DNA of 58,722 nucleotides, counting the filler, from Sphacelaria rigidula (lineage: Eukaryota), in the NCBI GenBank assembly GCA_964200075.2. It is 9 parts of 9 records of this genome, joined end to end, with 100 filler letters (N's around TTAATTAATTAA, not from the genome) between each part and the next. Parts side by side here need not be neighbours in the genome. Positions count along the whole stretch, not along the records: positions 39,218 to 45,652 come from CAXNAA020020079.1; positions 45,753 to 52,187 come from CAXNAA020020080.1; positions 52,288 to 58,722 come from CAXNAA020020081.1; 6 more parts are not named here. One strand, 5' to 3'. Under the pieces are notes generated by a model. That model saw only the letters and a list, made by a program, of their open reading frames with translations, had not been told where the DNA came from and did no database searches. This document shows positions 41,070 to 53,996 of this stretch, piece after piece. How positions within the stretch are numbered: position 1 is the stretch's first letter; each line of letters begins with the position of its first letter. The position numbers and the translations under genes are program-made.

Positions 41070-42787
41070 ATGTGGCGGAGAAGCATGACCATCAACCAGG
41101 TGGCATCAAATGTGTCTAATTGGCAGGTTTCAGCTGATCTCGCTCACTATGTACCGCCTCGTAATACCATAAGAAGGGCACTCCCGCGAGCATTGACGCA
41201 GGCGACCTCACAGCAGCTGGCGCGGCGGACATTCTCGCCCATGACAACATCAACCACCATGCTTATTCCATCTGGCTCCTCTCCTCTCGTACAAAGCATA
41301 CGACGTATGGTCACGCAGCAACGTAGTAGGTGTCACTTGTGCGGCGGCGTGAGCCAGCAGCCGGTGGGATTTTCTCCTCCTAATGAGCTCAGACGTGAAA
41401 TGTGTTGAACGTACCTTTTGCGGGCATGTTTTACATGTTTCTACTATTGCCAAGCAGTCAGTGCTGACTGAGTACACCGAGGGATTGGTACCCACGCTGC
41501 CGCCGACATTTCCGCGACATTTTCCAATGTCGCGAGTCTGAGAAGTCCGATATATTTTGTCGAAAATGACGAGTAGCCTTGGGCTGACTCCGTGACACCT
41601 GAGCAACGCAACTCAAGAGCTTGAGGGAGAAGGGAGAGGACAGGCAGGGGGTAGAACCACAACAGTGACTCAGAGTGAAATTTGATAAGCTGAGGCTAGT
41701 CGATGATGATCTGTGTGAGGGCAAAAACGGCACCAAAACACATATAGCACCCGTCAGCTGTCTGCTGACACCGTTCTATTGCCCAAGTCCGGACACCTAT
41801 CGTGCTGTACAACTGTGTGTTGGGCTGGGTTGCACTCGGCTGTGCTGAGGCTTGATCACACTGACAGCACAAGGAAGGAGAGAGAGGGAAGGACAGCAGC
41901 CATCGTAGTGGCATATGCTAGCTGTAGAGTGAGACGATGTTGACACTCTTCAACAGGTGGGCGTGGTATGGATGCACGTACACTGTCAAGTCAGTATAGC
42001 AGCCGTGAGGTCTCGTCTTCAAAATGCCAACCCTGGTGATGCATCTGCTGCGCACAAAAAGCTGCCGCAATCCATATACGACAGTGGTGAAGTAAATAAA
42101 ACACGCACTCCGCAATAATTATTGTATTGCAGTCAAGAAGACTGGGTGAAATCGATCACGCCTAGCTCTTGAAATCTGAACCTGTGCCAACACGTCGTAG
42201 GTCCAGGATAATTTGCGGGTAGTTTGAACGTTTGGACGAACACTCACTTCCCGCACCCAGGGATTTACACTCTTGTGGGGCTATTGCAAGCAGAACTCAG
42301 CTTGAGATTGAGGCTGTACGCAACCCCAACAGTTGTAGAGCTAACTGTGGACGTTTTGAGTCCTGGTAGTTGATAACCTAGGCTTCATTGTTTCTATCTT
42401 GTGTTACGGTATTTCGTTTATCTTCGGAGTCTCACGAGAGGCGTTGAGAACTCGTAGTCATCTAAGGAATAGCAGAGACGGTGCAGCGATCAAGGAATGG
42501 CGAGCCCGCGTCGAGAGATCGGACCAAAGCGGGATGAGAATATTAGTAGTTAGTAGCATACTGGCTCCCACGCAGGATGTCGCCCGTGTGAACGGTTATA
42601 CGCTACTGTAAAGATGAGTACGGGAGGACCTTACTCTCGTCCCCAGACACTAATCGATCTTATCGTTGTTGGTGCCAAGCCTCCGAGCTGGAGCCCTGTC
42701 GATTGGGCCCTCATCATGGGCTTTCCACGCAGGTATCTCTGTTGGTGGCAGAGGGAGTTGAGGGCTCCAAAATACGTGGAAACTTTA

Positions 42788-43365
42788 CAAGGTTGTGTTC
42801 TGTAAGGTACGGGTACGTTCTGTAGGGTATGAGATTCCTTACAGACCTTGAAGAACTGTCAGGTACCAGTATGAAATTCTTACAGGGTTTACAGCACTGT
42901 CGGGTACCGGAATGAAACTCTTGCAGAAATTTAAGAACTTGTCGGGCACGGTGTGGGAGGCTTACAGAAAACCAGCACAGGCAATCGGGTAACTCTTTTA
43001 GGGCATACCCGCCCTTCGGGTAAGGGTAAGTTTTTCGTACACCTCACAGAACTGTCGGGTAAGGGTATGGGAGGCTTACAGAACTCACAGAAACTGTCGG
43101 GAAAGGGTATGGAGGTTACACAGAAAACCGTACCCGCAACCGGGTATCTTATCAAGAGCATACTCGTGCCCCCCGGTAGCGAAACGGGAGGCTTATAGAA
43201 CTCACAGAACTATCGGGTACGGTTATGAGAGTCTTACAGAGACTACAGAACTGTCGGGTACCGGTATGGAAGTTTTGCAGAGTCTACAGAACTGTCGGGT
43301 ACGGTATACACCTGGCAAAATACCCCGGGTATACAGAAAACCGTACCCCACAAAACACGACCTCG
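42788..43365. mobile_element. TIR element with internal subrepeats (acagaactgtcgggta..gg.atg), copy 1
   Basis: Ends caaggttgtgttctgtaaggtacgg / ccgtaccccacaaaacacgacctcg; many internal subrepeats of about 35-45 bp. Confidence 0.7.
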
Positions 43366-43970
43366 GCATTACCATCACCCCGGTGGTGGGACTTATGTCA
43401 CCACAACAGTGGCGAAATACAGATGACAGTTCACGAAAACTCTGAACGGCTTCACGGGGTTAATATAAAAAGGCTACACAAACAATCGCAGTAGTACATG
43501 TGCACGAGATCGTCAACATCTGTCGGCTTCACGTACACTCCCAGAGAGTAATACATGGAGGAGCATTATTTACGGCTGCCCGCTCTCTGGAAGCCCTGCG
43601 GCACGACAAAATAGTCGACGGTCTTGACGACTTTCGGTGGTGACACTCATACTCTTTGCTGTGCATGTCGATAACGGGCTGAGGTTTGATGATCACGACA
43701 CAACCATCAACGTCGATGGCGTGCGTCTTGCTACTTGATCCTCTGGTGGCGCAGATGAACCGCCCCCGCTCGAGCCACCACTCAAGTCTAGGGGTGATCC
43801 ATCCTGACGGTCTGCAGGGCTGCTCATGTTTCGTGTTTCCATTCAGCGGTACCTTGTATCCCGTCAGATCCCAAACTAAAAGAACTTTTAAACATTATAT
43901 TATTGTTGGTGTGTAGTTTTGAATGAAGGAGTTAGGTGGGTTGATCGATGGGAGGTACATGTTCAGGTCA

Positions 43971-44500
43971 TGAGGTTGTGTTTGGATTGAACCTACATCC
44001 GTACCTCCCCAAGGTATTTATTTACCTGTGCTCATACCTGCAACCGGGTATATCTACAAGGGTATACCCTAACCCCGGGTAGGGGTATGGGAGGCTTACA
44101 GAATACCGGTACCGGAAATAGGGTGTTTTTTCAAGAGCATACCCGCGCTCCGGGTACCGGTGAACATTCTGTACAGAACTTACAGAACTGTCGGGTACGG
44201 GTATGGTAGGCTGACAGAACTCTCAGAAACTGTCGGGTGGGGTATGGAGGTTGCACAGAAAACCTTACCCGCAATCAGGAATCTTATCAAGAGCATACCC
44301 GTGCCCCCCGGCAACGGTACGGGAGTCTTCCAGAGATTACAGAACTATCGGGTAAGGGTATTCAAGTGTCACAGAGGTTACACAACTGTAGGGTACCGGT
44401 ATGAAAGTCTTACAGAGTTTACAGAACTGTCGGGTACAGGAAATACCTGGCGAAATACCCCGGGTATACAGAAAATCGCACCCTACAGAACACAACCTTG
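43971..44500. mobile_element. TIR element with internal subrepeats, copy 2
   Basis: Same subrepeats as copy 1. The right end accctacagaacacaaccttg is complementary to 42788-42808 at 20 of 21 positions. Confidence 0.7.
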
Positions 44501-45462
44501 GAAACATATCTATCTCGTAGCTTGTTCAAGTCTCGTTACAACACAGGAATGAGGTTTTCGCGCGTTTTTCAACACTATTGGGAAACTGACCCACACTACC
44601 AGCAACAGGGGTCAGCCTGTAGATGCAGTATTCGAGCAATATAAATCGCAACCCGTGCTATGAATCGCCGCCCCATGCGATTCACAAGAGCTAGGAATAT
44701 AAAGTGTCGGTTCTGCTTGATCATCAAACTCCCTCTATACTAATTGTACTTCGAAGTACACGCGAACGTGTAAGCTGCAGAGTCGATACAACGTGTGTAG
44801 CATGGGTATCGGGCGATGGAATCGTGGCCCAACGTATGCCGGTATGGAAAGCATCTACGAACATGCACAGGCTGGTCCGGGGGCGACCGCCAGAATTTGC
44901 CCGGCAGCCATTTCTCACGCCGATTTCAAGAGCTGAGAGACCAACCTTCACGTAAACATACGCCTGAGGTGAGGTCGAAGGTGGAAACTAAATATTTTCG
45001 GTCGACTTTACCGCTCAGGGAATGACCGCCGTTTTTGGTTGAATGAGACCCTTAGAAACCGGTAAAAACAACCGAGAATTATCAAGCTCAAATGGTGGCA
45101 ACCTCGGGCGTACGTGAGCGAACGCGCGTGTGAAATTTGGTTTCCTGCTCCTTGAACACAGCATGATGAATTGAGCTAACGTGGAATTGTTCCGAGAATA
45201 CCCGGTGCCCGGCCGCCCCCGGCCGCTTTTCACCTCAAGAAACCGACCCATCCGCACGGATTACCAAACAACCAAGCATGTGAGACCTCGACCTTGCCTT
45301 TGGGACCACGTGTGTCGCTATTTGGCTCCAAACTTTCGAGAGTATCGTGAAAAATCAAGAGAGTATGGCGTCGTGCCGAAACTGGGTGCCCGGGCGCTCC
45401 CGGCGGCTCATGACTCCGATGAATGGTCGATCCACACGAAACTCCGAACCACCAAAAAGTAA

Positions 45463-45652
45463 CAGTCTTACGCCAAAAAACAAAAAAGCAAGTCAACTGC
45501 CAAGATTCCCGCATACAAAAATCATACGCACCTCATGTATCTTTCGACGGTTTAACAGGATTTAGTACTGTATTTTCAGTACAAATCAAAGGTTATTTTG
45601 CTTGTGGATTTCTCCGCCGTGTCTGTTCTAACCAGCCTGAAACTTGGCACAG
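45463..45652. mobile_element. Left end of a second copy of the 23141-23821 TIR element, truncated by the contig end
   Basis: cagtcttacgccaaaaaa...gcctgaaacttggca is nearly identical to 23141-23325. Confidence 0.9.
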
Positions 45653-45752
45653 NNNNNNNNNNNNNNNNNNNNNNNNNNNNNNNNNNNNNNNNNNNNTTAA
45701 TTAATTAANNNNNNNNNNNNNNNNNNNNNNNNNNNNNNNNNNNNNNNNNNNN
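45653..45752. other. Artificial contig-join linker
   Basis: N44-TTAATTAATTAA-N44. Confidence 0.98.
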
Positions 45753-46010
45753 TGAAAATGACTGAAAATGATGCCGATTCATCAAAACAAAAATCGGCTC
45801 TCCCTGGGGGTCTAGTTCCCAAAGGGTTAGGTTTTATTTCTAAACAAAAATAACAGCGCAGGGTGTGACAACATACAACATACAACATACAACATAGACT
45901 CCACCGTATCTACCTGTCAAACAGAGCAAAAAGGACTCCGTTCATGGTGGATCGGTGAGTAGCTGGCGCGAACGTTGCGTGTCCCAGTCATGAGTTCAAA
46001 CTTCCTTGCC

Positions 46011-46237
46011 AAATGGGTTTTGCTGTACCGACAGTACAACCCAGTGTTATTCCCGTTCGATGATATGGAGACGGTCTTCATCTCACGAGTACTCGCTTTT
46101 GCACAAATAGTCATGCTCCACGGAAAATGGGTTTTGCTGTACCGACAGTACAACCCAGTGTTATTCCCGTTCAATAATATGGAGGCGGTCTTTATCTTAC
46201 GAGTACTCGCTTTTGCGCAAATTGTCATGCTCGACGG
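46011..46237. repeat. 114-bp tandem duplication
   Basis: aaatgggttttgctgtaccgacagtacaacccag... starts at both 46011 and 46125. Confidence 0.9.
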
Positions 46238-48259
46238 CATGATTTGGGCTGAGTGTAGAAGGAAACACGTCCGTGACCACATGAGCAAGCAAAGCTGGCG
46301 CTACAGGTACATACATATGACTGAGGCATCTGGACGGCAAGAGAGGCATGTCACTGGGTACATCCGAAGCGCTCATTGTGTAAAATGCATCCAGCTACCC
46401 GAATTCTTGAGACAATTTGCACTGTACTGTGTGCATGTATCCGGCCGCACTGTACTGACTGTACCAGGCGAACCACGCCTCGGCGGCACCGGAAAACACG
46501 GTTAGGACAACTAAAATCGTGATTCAACTCATATTCATCATTCCAACGAATAAATCATACGATTCGTACATCTTTTGTAATTTGTACAGCTTTTCAGCTC
46601 GTGCGCCGTGCAGGACATGTCAAAATTACCTGCTTCCTACCTTCCGTGAATACCGGGGTAACTAATGGGCACATAGTCATCCCCTGCACTGCAAATTTGA
46701 ATGAATCGTTTGTACATGCCACGAACTTCTTACCATCATGAGGGGGGAACGTCATGTACAACTTGCTTGACCGAGTCGTTCGAGGTGAGCATCCGTATAT
46801 TTTCCACACCTTCGGGTTGATGCGGGACCAACAATTTATACAGTTTGGATCTTGTCATTTCATGGGCCCTGAATCACGCGTGATTTTCTCCCAGCTATAA
46901 TGCGCGTAAGATGCCTGCGCTGCATCTGTGTTATCCACCCTCGACTCAGCGGGACCAACAATTTATACAGGTTTAATCTAGTCGTTTCATTAGGAGTCAA
47001 CTCGTATGAGCTCTGATTCGTCTTAACCGTGCTGAAATACCCGCGACCCATTCATGACAACTGCACACGTGAAAGCTGCACTCTTTTGCACATTGAGATC
47101 AACTTATGCGGTCATGAAAAAATCCGCAAAAGCTCGACCAGGTGCATGTTGCTGAATGTTCAAAATCTCAACGTAGGAGTCGCCAACAATGAACTTTCAG
47201 GTTGATTCCGGTAAAAGGGGACGATAACAACAGTCCCCAATATGGTCAGTCTGTCGTGATGTTGGCTACGCAGGCTCTTGTACTGTCTGTAAGAGAACGT
47301 TACCCCCTTTCCCAACAGGTTCATGGTTGTAAGTGGTGAAACACATACTTGGACACGGCTTCACGGAGATATCTTGCGCGAGATGCGGAGGGTGGGTGGG
47401 TGGGGTTCTCATGATCATGCATGCCGTAGTCATGAGACCATTGACCGAGCGAGACGGGGGCGAACGTTGAGGGCAGCAACCTCAACCGTTCTTGTTCCTC
47501 GTGTTACTGCGAGGGTAGACCGATGAACGGGCGGAGTTGAACAGCAATACTGGCGACATCTGCCGCCGCCTCCGCACCGTTCTGATATGATAATGCCTCT
47601 TATATTTGCAATCAGAGACTGTTAAAACAGTTCCGATTGAAGCGCTGAAGGCTCGTGATTATTCCTTCAACCCACACACCGTAGCACCTTGAGTCACCGA
47701 TACTGTTGCTTCAAAACCCACCTTTGGCATCAAGCAACATGAACTGGAAGTTTTCACGGTTAGGACGAATCATCACGACTCAAAATCACCAAATTCACGA
47801 TTTATTCGGCCTGATTGCCCAAAAGGGAGAAAAAAGTTGATTGCTGGTCCAAGGGGTATCCACGCAACTTTTCCGCCATTCCACGTGTGTGGGCTAAAAA
47901 GATAACTCCTCGTTTTCAATCTTTACTAAGACTGCTTTTTATGGCAGACAAAAAAGAAATTCCGTGAAACTGCCTTCTCGGTCATTCTGCATGTACCTGG
48001 GTTGCAACGCTGAAATAAAGCCTGGGGATTGATTCGTCACGAGTCGACTGATAATACTAAAACCAAGTAATTTCCAGACGAATCATTATTTGTCCGACCC
48101 TTGGAAGTTTTAGCCTAAATTCAAAGTAGGATATTCGGTAATTTCTTCGTCATTGGCGATTTTCTTTGGTTATTTCGCATGTAACCTCTCATCACATTGA
48201 GGATCTACAGATGCGGGTATCCGCTCCATATTCCGAGAGAAAAAATCAACTGTATTTAG

Positions 48260-48630
48260 TATTCAGTGAATCACGGCGTGAACGGTCATCGGGGGTCCCG
48301 CCACTTTTCAGCCCAGATTCTGACTGGTATTTTCAGTGGATCGAGCCTGTCCCGATCGTATTTGTGAAAAAATGAAAAAGATTGTTTCTTAAAATGACCT
48401 ATCCATTGCACTACTATAGAGCCGAGAAGCCGTGCTTCACGGTCAATAACACCCTCCTGATAAACGGGGTATATAGTTGTATCGCCCGATCATAACTCCA
48501 ACTCACACAACTTGGGCACTGTGTTTTGAGGACGATCTGTTTATTGTACCAAAATCTACCGACGCTAGCACTTTCGAGTTCCATCGAAGAGTAGTACGGG
48601 AGAGAAACCCCCAAATGACTCGTGCTACTA
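48260..48630. repeat. Dispersed repeat family X (third, diverged copy)
   Basis: ttcagcccagattct...cacggtcaataacaccct...tgtaccaaaatctacc is shared with 8860-9240. Confidence 0.75.
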
Positions 48631-50120
48631 TAAACTTGAGGTACTGTACACACTGCGCACTACAGTACAGTCAGCACACTACTGTAAACAATAAGTGGTC
48701 GTATACAACGGACAACAGGACAGGTGGATTTCGTGAGACCTTTGACCTTTGATGCCATCTGATCAGGTAGCACAGTGAAAGAGGACAGGGTGACGGAAAC
48801 AACTCGACAATCATTGCCGCGAGATAACAAAGCTATGAATAAATCTGGAATAACCACACCGTTTCAAGCAACGCATTTCTCCATCTCACAGTCACCCCCC
48901 GTCCCCATACAACAACCCTCGCGCCCACCCCCACGACAAGGGCAAGCCACAACCGCTCGACGAACCCTTACATATAGCACGGTCCTGCACAACGTTTAAT
49001 TGTACATTGCCTGGAAATGTACCCACGCCAACACATACCATGAGCAAGCAACATGTATGTCTTACCCTTGCTGTCGGCACACTCGTTATCGTTATTGTCG
49101 TACGCCTTGGTTTATACGCTGCCCTCTCCTTCGCTTTGCCGTGGGCGCCCAAATGGTGTGAGATAACAGTCCTTTTCTTGCCATTTTCCAACTTATTCTC
49201 CACTAGATATTGTTCAGACCCGCGGTTGTGACATACAATATCCTTGCGCAAATATGCCATAACAAAACACGCATGTCAGCGGTCATTATACCTTACAGTA
49301 GATGAATGAATAATTCATCGGCTTACGATGAGAAGAAAAACAAAAATGTGCATACCTTCCGCTGAACTTCCGGGCAAAGAAATTCAATAGAAAATAACAT
49401 ATAGTTATGTAGAAAAATGGCACTATTCGTCGATCCGAGATTTTGAATTGAAAAGCTCAAAGCCCGGTCGTGCGTGCTGTACAGGTGTGCCATGGACAAG
49501 CGAGGAAGGAAGTCTTCGTTGCGTCGGTAAGTCTTAATCTGTAAAGCTTGGCGCCATTCTTGTATGATGTGTTACAGTCTACAGTTTGTACAAGGCTTAG
49601 ACATCGGGAAGATAGGCAGTCTCCCCCAGTCGTATTGCGGACAGGTAATCGGGGTATACCCGCCGAGGAGATCAGTTCTCAGGCCGGACGCTCTGAAATC
49701 TATTGCGTTCACCCCACCCCGAAAGCTGAATATTTAGGAATGTCTTGCGAGAATAAATCGTTGCCCAGACGAGTGTAAAGTGTGAATCGTTATTGTCGAG
49801 GTAAGTTTAGGTTGAAGAAAATGTCACCCGGCGGCAGGGTGTTGTATTCCGTCATGTAAATTGCCGATAAGATTGCGCCCCCCGACATGATCGTGGTGTT
49901 TACGGCGTTTGGTCCGCAGTATGCCTTCGGTATGGCACTACAGCAGAGTACAGCGCAGAATACTTCACCATAGAATCTGCTGTGCTCACTGAGCGTTGCT
50001 GATGTTTTGCAGCTGTAGGTTCAGGTTCTATTTTGTGGAAGTGCCTACTACGAAACGTTTTCAGTTGTTATTGTGCATGGTCGTTACTTTTCTTTGGTCG
50101 CCCCTTGAGAAGGGGGTTTA

Positions 50121-50479
50121 GGGCGTCTCTTAGCAAATTATTTGTCGATCGAAAATGTGCGGTGGAAACGGAAGAGTCCGATCTGATAGGTTGTGGTTTC
50201 AACTATCGTAGTTTATTTTGAAGATGGTTGAAATCACGACCTATCATATCGGAATAGTTGTTTTCCACCGGACTTTTTCGATCGAAAATAACTTCAGCAA
50301 CGTGCAGCTTTGTATAGTAGTCAGCATCAGAAGTTTCCAAAATTCTTCTCCGCGCGCCGCCAATTATAATTTTGAGTTGAAACCTTCGAGGAACATAAAT
50401 GCGGTGGACCTATCAGATAGGCGAAAAAAAAATCGATCGCACTCTTTCGATCGAAAAAAAAAGGTGCTAAGACACGCCC
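50121..50479. mobile_element. 359-bp PIF/Harbinger (Tourist-like) MITE
   Basis: TIRs gggcgtctcttagca / tgctaagacacgccc match at 14 of 15 positions, with further subterminal inversion. A TTA TSD lies at 50118-50120 and 50480-50482. Confidence 0.8.
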
Positions 50480-50484
50480 TTACA

Positions 50485-50667
50485 GACCAACTCTTGTGGG
50501 AGCGTATGAAATTTTATTTTGCAACAATATTTCAGAGGAGTTTTTTTTTCTTCTTTGTCATCATGGTGAACGGCCCCAAAATACACAACTACGGCAGAGA
50601 AGAAAAAAGAAAAGCCGTTTAAAATTTTTGCAAAATAAAATTCTAAACGCTCCCACAAGAGTTGGCC
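50485..50667. mobile_element. 183-bp foldback MITE abutting the previous element
   Basis: ccaactcttgtgggagcgt...aattttattttgcaa is inverted with ttgcaaaataaaatt...acgctcccacaagagttgg; TTA on the right flank only. Confidence 0.7.
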
Positions 50668-52049
50668 TTAGCACATCATTTAACGAAAACGCGTTCTGCG
50701 CACGCGAGGAGCACACGGGACTGTCAGCCTTACTAAAGTTCCGATTCTCGTTGTACACACTCGAATCAAGTAATGTGTCAACCATGGACATTTGTAGCCC
50801 GAACGCCGGTTAATTCTACTGAAGTCTTCTGACCTCTGATCAGGGATTTTGCAGGGCGTGCAGGGATCTGAAGTACACTTTATACTTGCGCTCTCTTTTG
50901 TACGCACAACATAGTAGTACGGCTCGTGTCGTGAAGGTTGGTGCTGCAGTACGCAACAGAAGGGTTTAAACAAGTGGAAGACCTCCTCTCTCGTGGTGAA
51001 TACCGTACTATCTCGTCGCCGCTTTGCTGGTAAGTGGTGTGCACAGCAGGTACAGGTGTGCTGTGTCGCGCGCTTTGCACGACATGTTGCGGCACAATAG
51101 GTGAATAATGACCGACGTGCAGCGAAACTGCTGGAGGAAAAGCAATAGTACACGAGTCTGTAGAATGCTCTCTAGGGCCTCCCTCGCTGTAGAAAGCCGA
51201 AATCTAACGATCGCATGTCGTGTGTACAATCACCGGGCATCCGTATGTGACCTTTCAAGCCATGGGTATCACTCTCAATGGAGAAGACCCTTGTTTACGT
51301 GTTTGTCCTGATTCAAGTATGGGCAGGTTGATTTTTTGCTGTTTTTTTTCCTTTTTGTAGTCTTGCTTTTTCCCCTCATGTTTTCACTGTGCGATGTCTT
51401 TTCTTGCTCCGGAGTATTGTACCGTTCCCACCGCGAGTCGTAACGAAAGGGCTAATGTGGCGCGATAAATGTGTTGTGCCCAATTAGAAAATAATCGGCT
51501 GCTGTGTGACATACACGACGTTGCAGCGGGAAGAGTTACCGAATACCCAGAACACAATGAATCAGCGCCGTACGTATCATTGCTTCTCACGGCGGCACAT
51601 TTCCCGCAGAATCACTCACCCTCTCTGCCGCAACGCAGACTGGAAGGAGAGAAATGTGGGAACGTTATCGACAGTGAAGTGTCTCGCCCTTTTGTGGAAA
51701 ATGACTCGGTGCTTGTCTGCGGCAGGCCGCCTAGCAGACGACGCGTTCCGGAAGGCGGTGGACCGGAGCTGCCGCGCAGATTGCGATCTTCACGGCGGTG
51801 GCGAACATCGTGGGCGTTCTTGACTCTAGCCTTGGCGTGGCCGTCAATTCATTACTGCGCGCTGGCAGGTGCTACTTTCCACACGTCGGACAGCTGATGA
51901 GCTACCTAAAATCACCAGTCGAAGAGGACTCTCAGATCCCCAATCACACAAATACGTGACAGCGGGGTCCGAGAAGCCGCAGCACTACCTTTGCGCGACT
52001 CCGCATGTTCGGCGTCCTGCGCTGTTTTTATATATATATATATATATTT

Positions 52050-52187
52050 TTTTTTCATTTTTTTTTCATTTTTCTTCATTTTTTATTTGTCGCACGTTGA
52101 ACCCCTCCCCTTCCTCGGGATGAGTCCGTGGTCTCAGGGTATCAACTCGTCTCTCCCCCGGTACGCGCCTTGCGTTTTGGTCTCGCG
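52050..52187 (-). mobile_element. 3' part and A-rich tail of the tRNA-derived SINE family seen at 15517
   Basis: The reverse complement matches 15708-15800 (cgcgagaccaaaa...gggggagaga...acggactc.tcc.gaggaaggggaggg.ttcaa), and a T-rich tract on the plus strand forms the tail. Confidence 0.7.
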
Positions 52188-52287
52188 NNNNNNNNNNNNN
52201 NNNNNNNNNNNNNNNNNNNNNNNNNNNNNNNTTAATTAATTAANNNNNNNNNNNNNNNNNNNNNNNNNNNNNNNNNNNNNNNNNNNN
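52188..52287. other. Artificial contig-join linker
   Basis: N44-TTAATTAATTAA-N44. Confidence 0.98.
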
Positions 52288-53996
52288 GCTCAACTGCTGC
52301 GGACATTTGGGTGGGAAGATGGCTTCGCTCGGTCGCAAGTGTTCCGCGTCTTCCCTGCAAGAGAGAAATGCCACTTCAACCTCATTTTTGAGATTGACCC
52401 CATTTTCTAGGATCCGCTGTTAAATCAGAAGCTACGACGCACTACTCGACGAGCCCTTGATACATGATAAACGGTACTTCGTATATTCTCCACACAACTG
52501 AGATGAAGCGTGCAAACTATTCAGCGACATTGAACCCAGACCAAGTAGTTATGACTGCATGAGAGAGTATAAACTTTCTCCCAGGAGCCATGCCCCCCCT
52601 CCACCCTGTCGACTTCTGGGTGGGGGCAAGAAAAAGTATCCTGTATCCTGGCAACCCAGACAGCGCCAAGGGATTGTCTTCGCTTGAAGTACATCGCACC
52701 AACCCTTGTATTCAGCCGCGGTCAGGAGATCAAAGATTGCCAAGCAATCACATGTGAGTATCATAACGCCCCTGATGCGAGGGTATCTCATTGCAGTGGT
52801 ATGCGTGTTGCACAAATAGTTCTCTTACGCCAAAATATGAGTACACCAACATGGAAAATCGCATGGGAAAAAACCCGAGCAACAGCACACCAGTAAGACA
52901 AACAGGAGTTACCTGGAACAACAAGAATTATAATGGATGCAACCATCTGTTGGATATATACTGGTATACGCGCGACCCACGCCGGAGTACCCATGTCAAA
53001 ATAGAAAAGAAGACGGGAAAATCATAAAGTACAACTGCCGTGCGGTGGAAAAAAACAGGAACATGCGTGCTTTCACGACCCCCTGCTGTTTTGCCGAATT
53101 GGAAAATTCCAGATCATGACCCGCCGTGACCACTGTAAGGTCAAGTAAGGTAGGCTACACCACCCCAGAAAATCGGATAAACCGCGACATCGCTCTATTA
53201 TGCCAAGGTAGCTCGACGTGCATACCGACTTGTCTAGACGCCGACAATCATATAACAGGGTACGTGCAACTTTCTGGGAACCCGTAGTGAGATGAAAATA
53301 TTTGTCACCTCTGCCCCCACCCCAACTTGCAATATCCCTTCCCCATCATTGTTTTTCGCGCGAGAGACGTCTTCGTCTTTTCCTCCACTGAGTGAATTCC
53401 CCCAACTTCAAAACAAGCCCTCAACCGTCCATCTTACTCATTGTTTGCCAAGTGAAGCGGTGAAAGTGTCAGAGAGTCTCCAAATAGCTACCCTCTCCGT
53501 AATCATATCACTGCATGCCTACTTATTTGTTTGTTGTTTCATGCCATCCCAGCTCAACCGTGTAGTTCAACAGAACCAACGAGCACTCCACGTGAAGCAC
53601 GACAAGGCATGCATGCTGGCCCCCTTCCGAGTACAGATGATTCTCGAGTGGCATCTATGCACTTCGGGTGCGTGTACCGGTACCCCTCCAACGCCCATGT
53701 CCTCCTCCACTTTCGCGCCGTGTTTCCTAGTTTCGGCGGCAGCGTATGTGATGGACTTCTCTCTGCTACCCCAAGGTACCTTGCAACAATGTGAGCACAG
53801 ATTTGCATACATGTGCAAGACTCAAGTAGCCTCAAAGTTACGCAATCATCATCACACATCCGCGCGAGGATTACAGTTGCCTTGTCGGTTATATATATAT
53901 ATATATATATATCAATCGAGCCCTCCCTCGACAGTAAAATCACAGCAGCATCAAGGCTCTAGGCGAAACAGCTTTACATCCTGTAGGAGCGTTGCA

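Noticed and set aside
40527..41408. 293-aa ORF
   Set aside because: It reads through a GC-rich hAT MITE, has low-complexity composition and shows no recognisable domain.
42788..44500. CRISPR-like array of acagaactgtcgggta repeats
   Set aside because: The units are degenerate, the spacers are short and similar to each other, there are no cas genes, the context is eukaryotic, and the array is bounded by TIRs.
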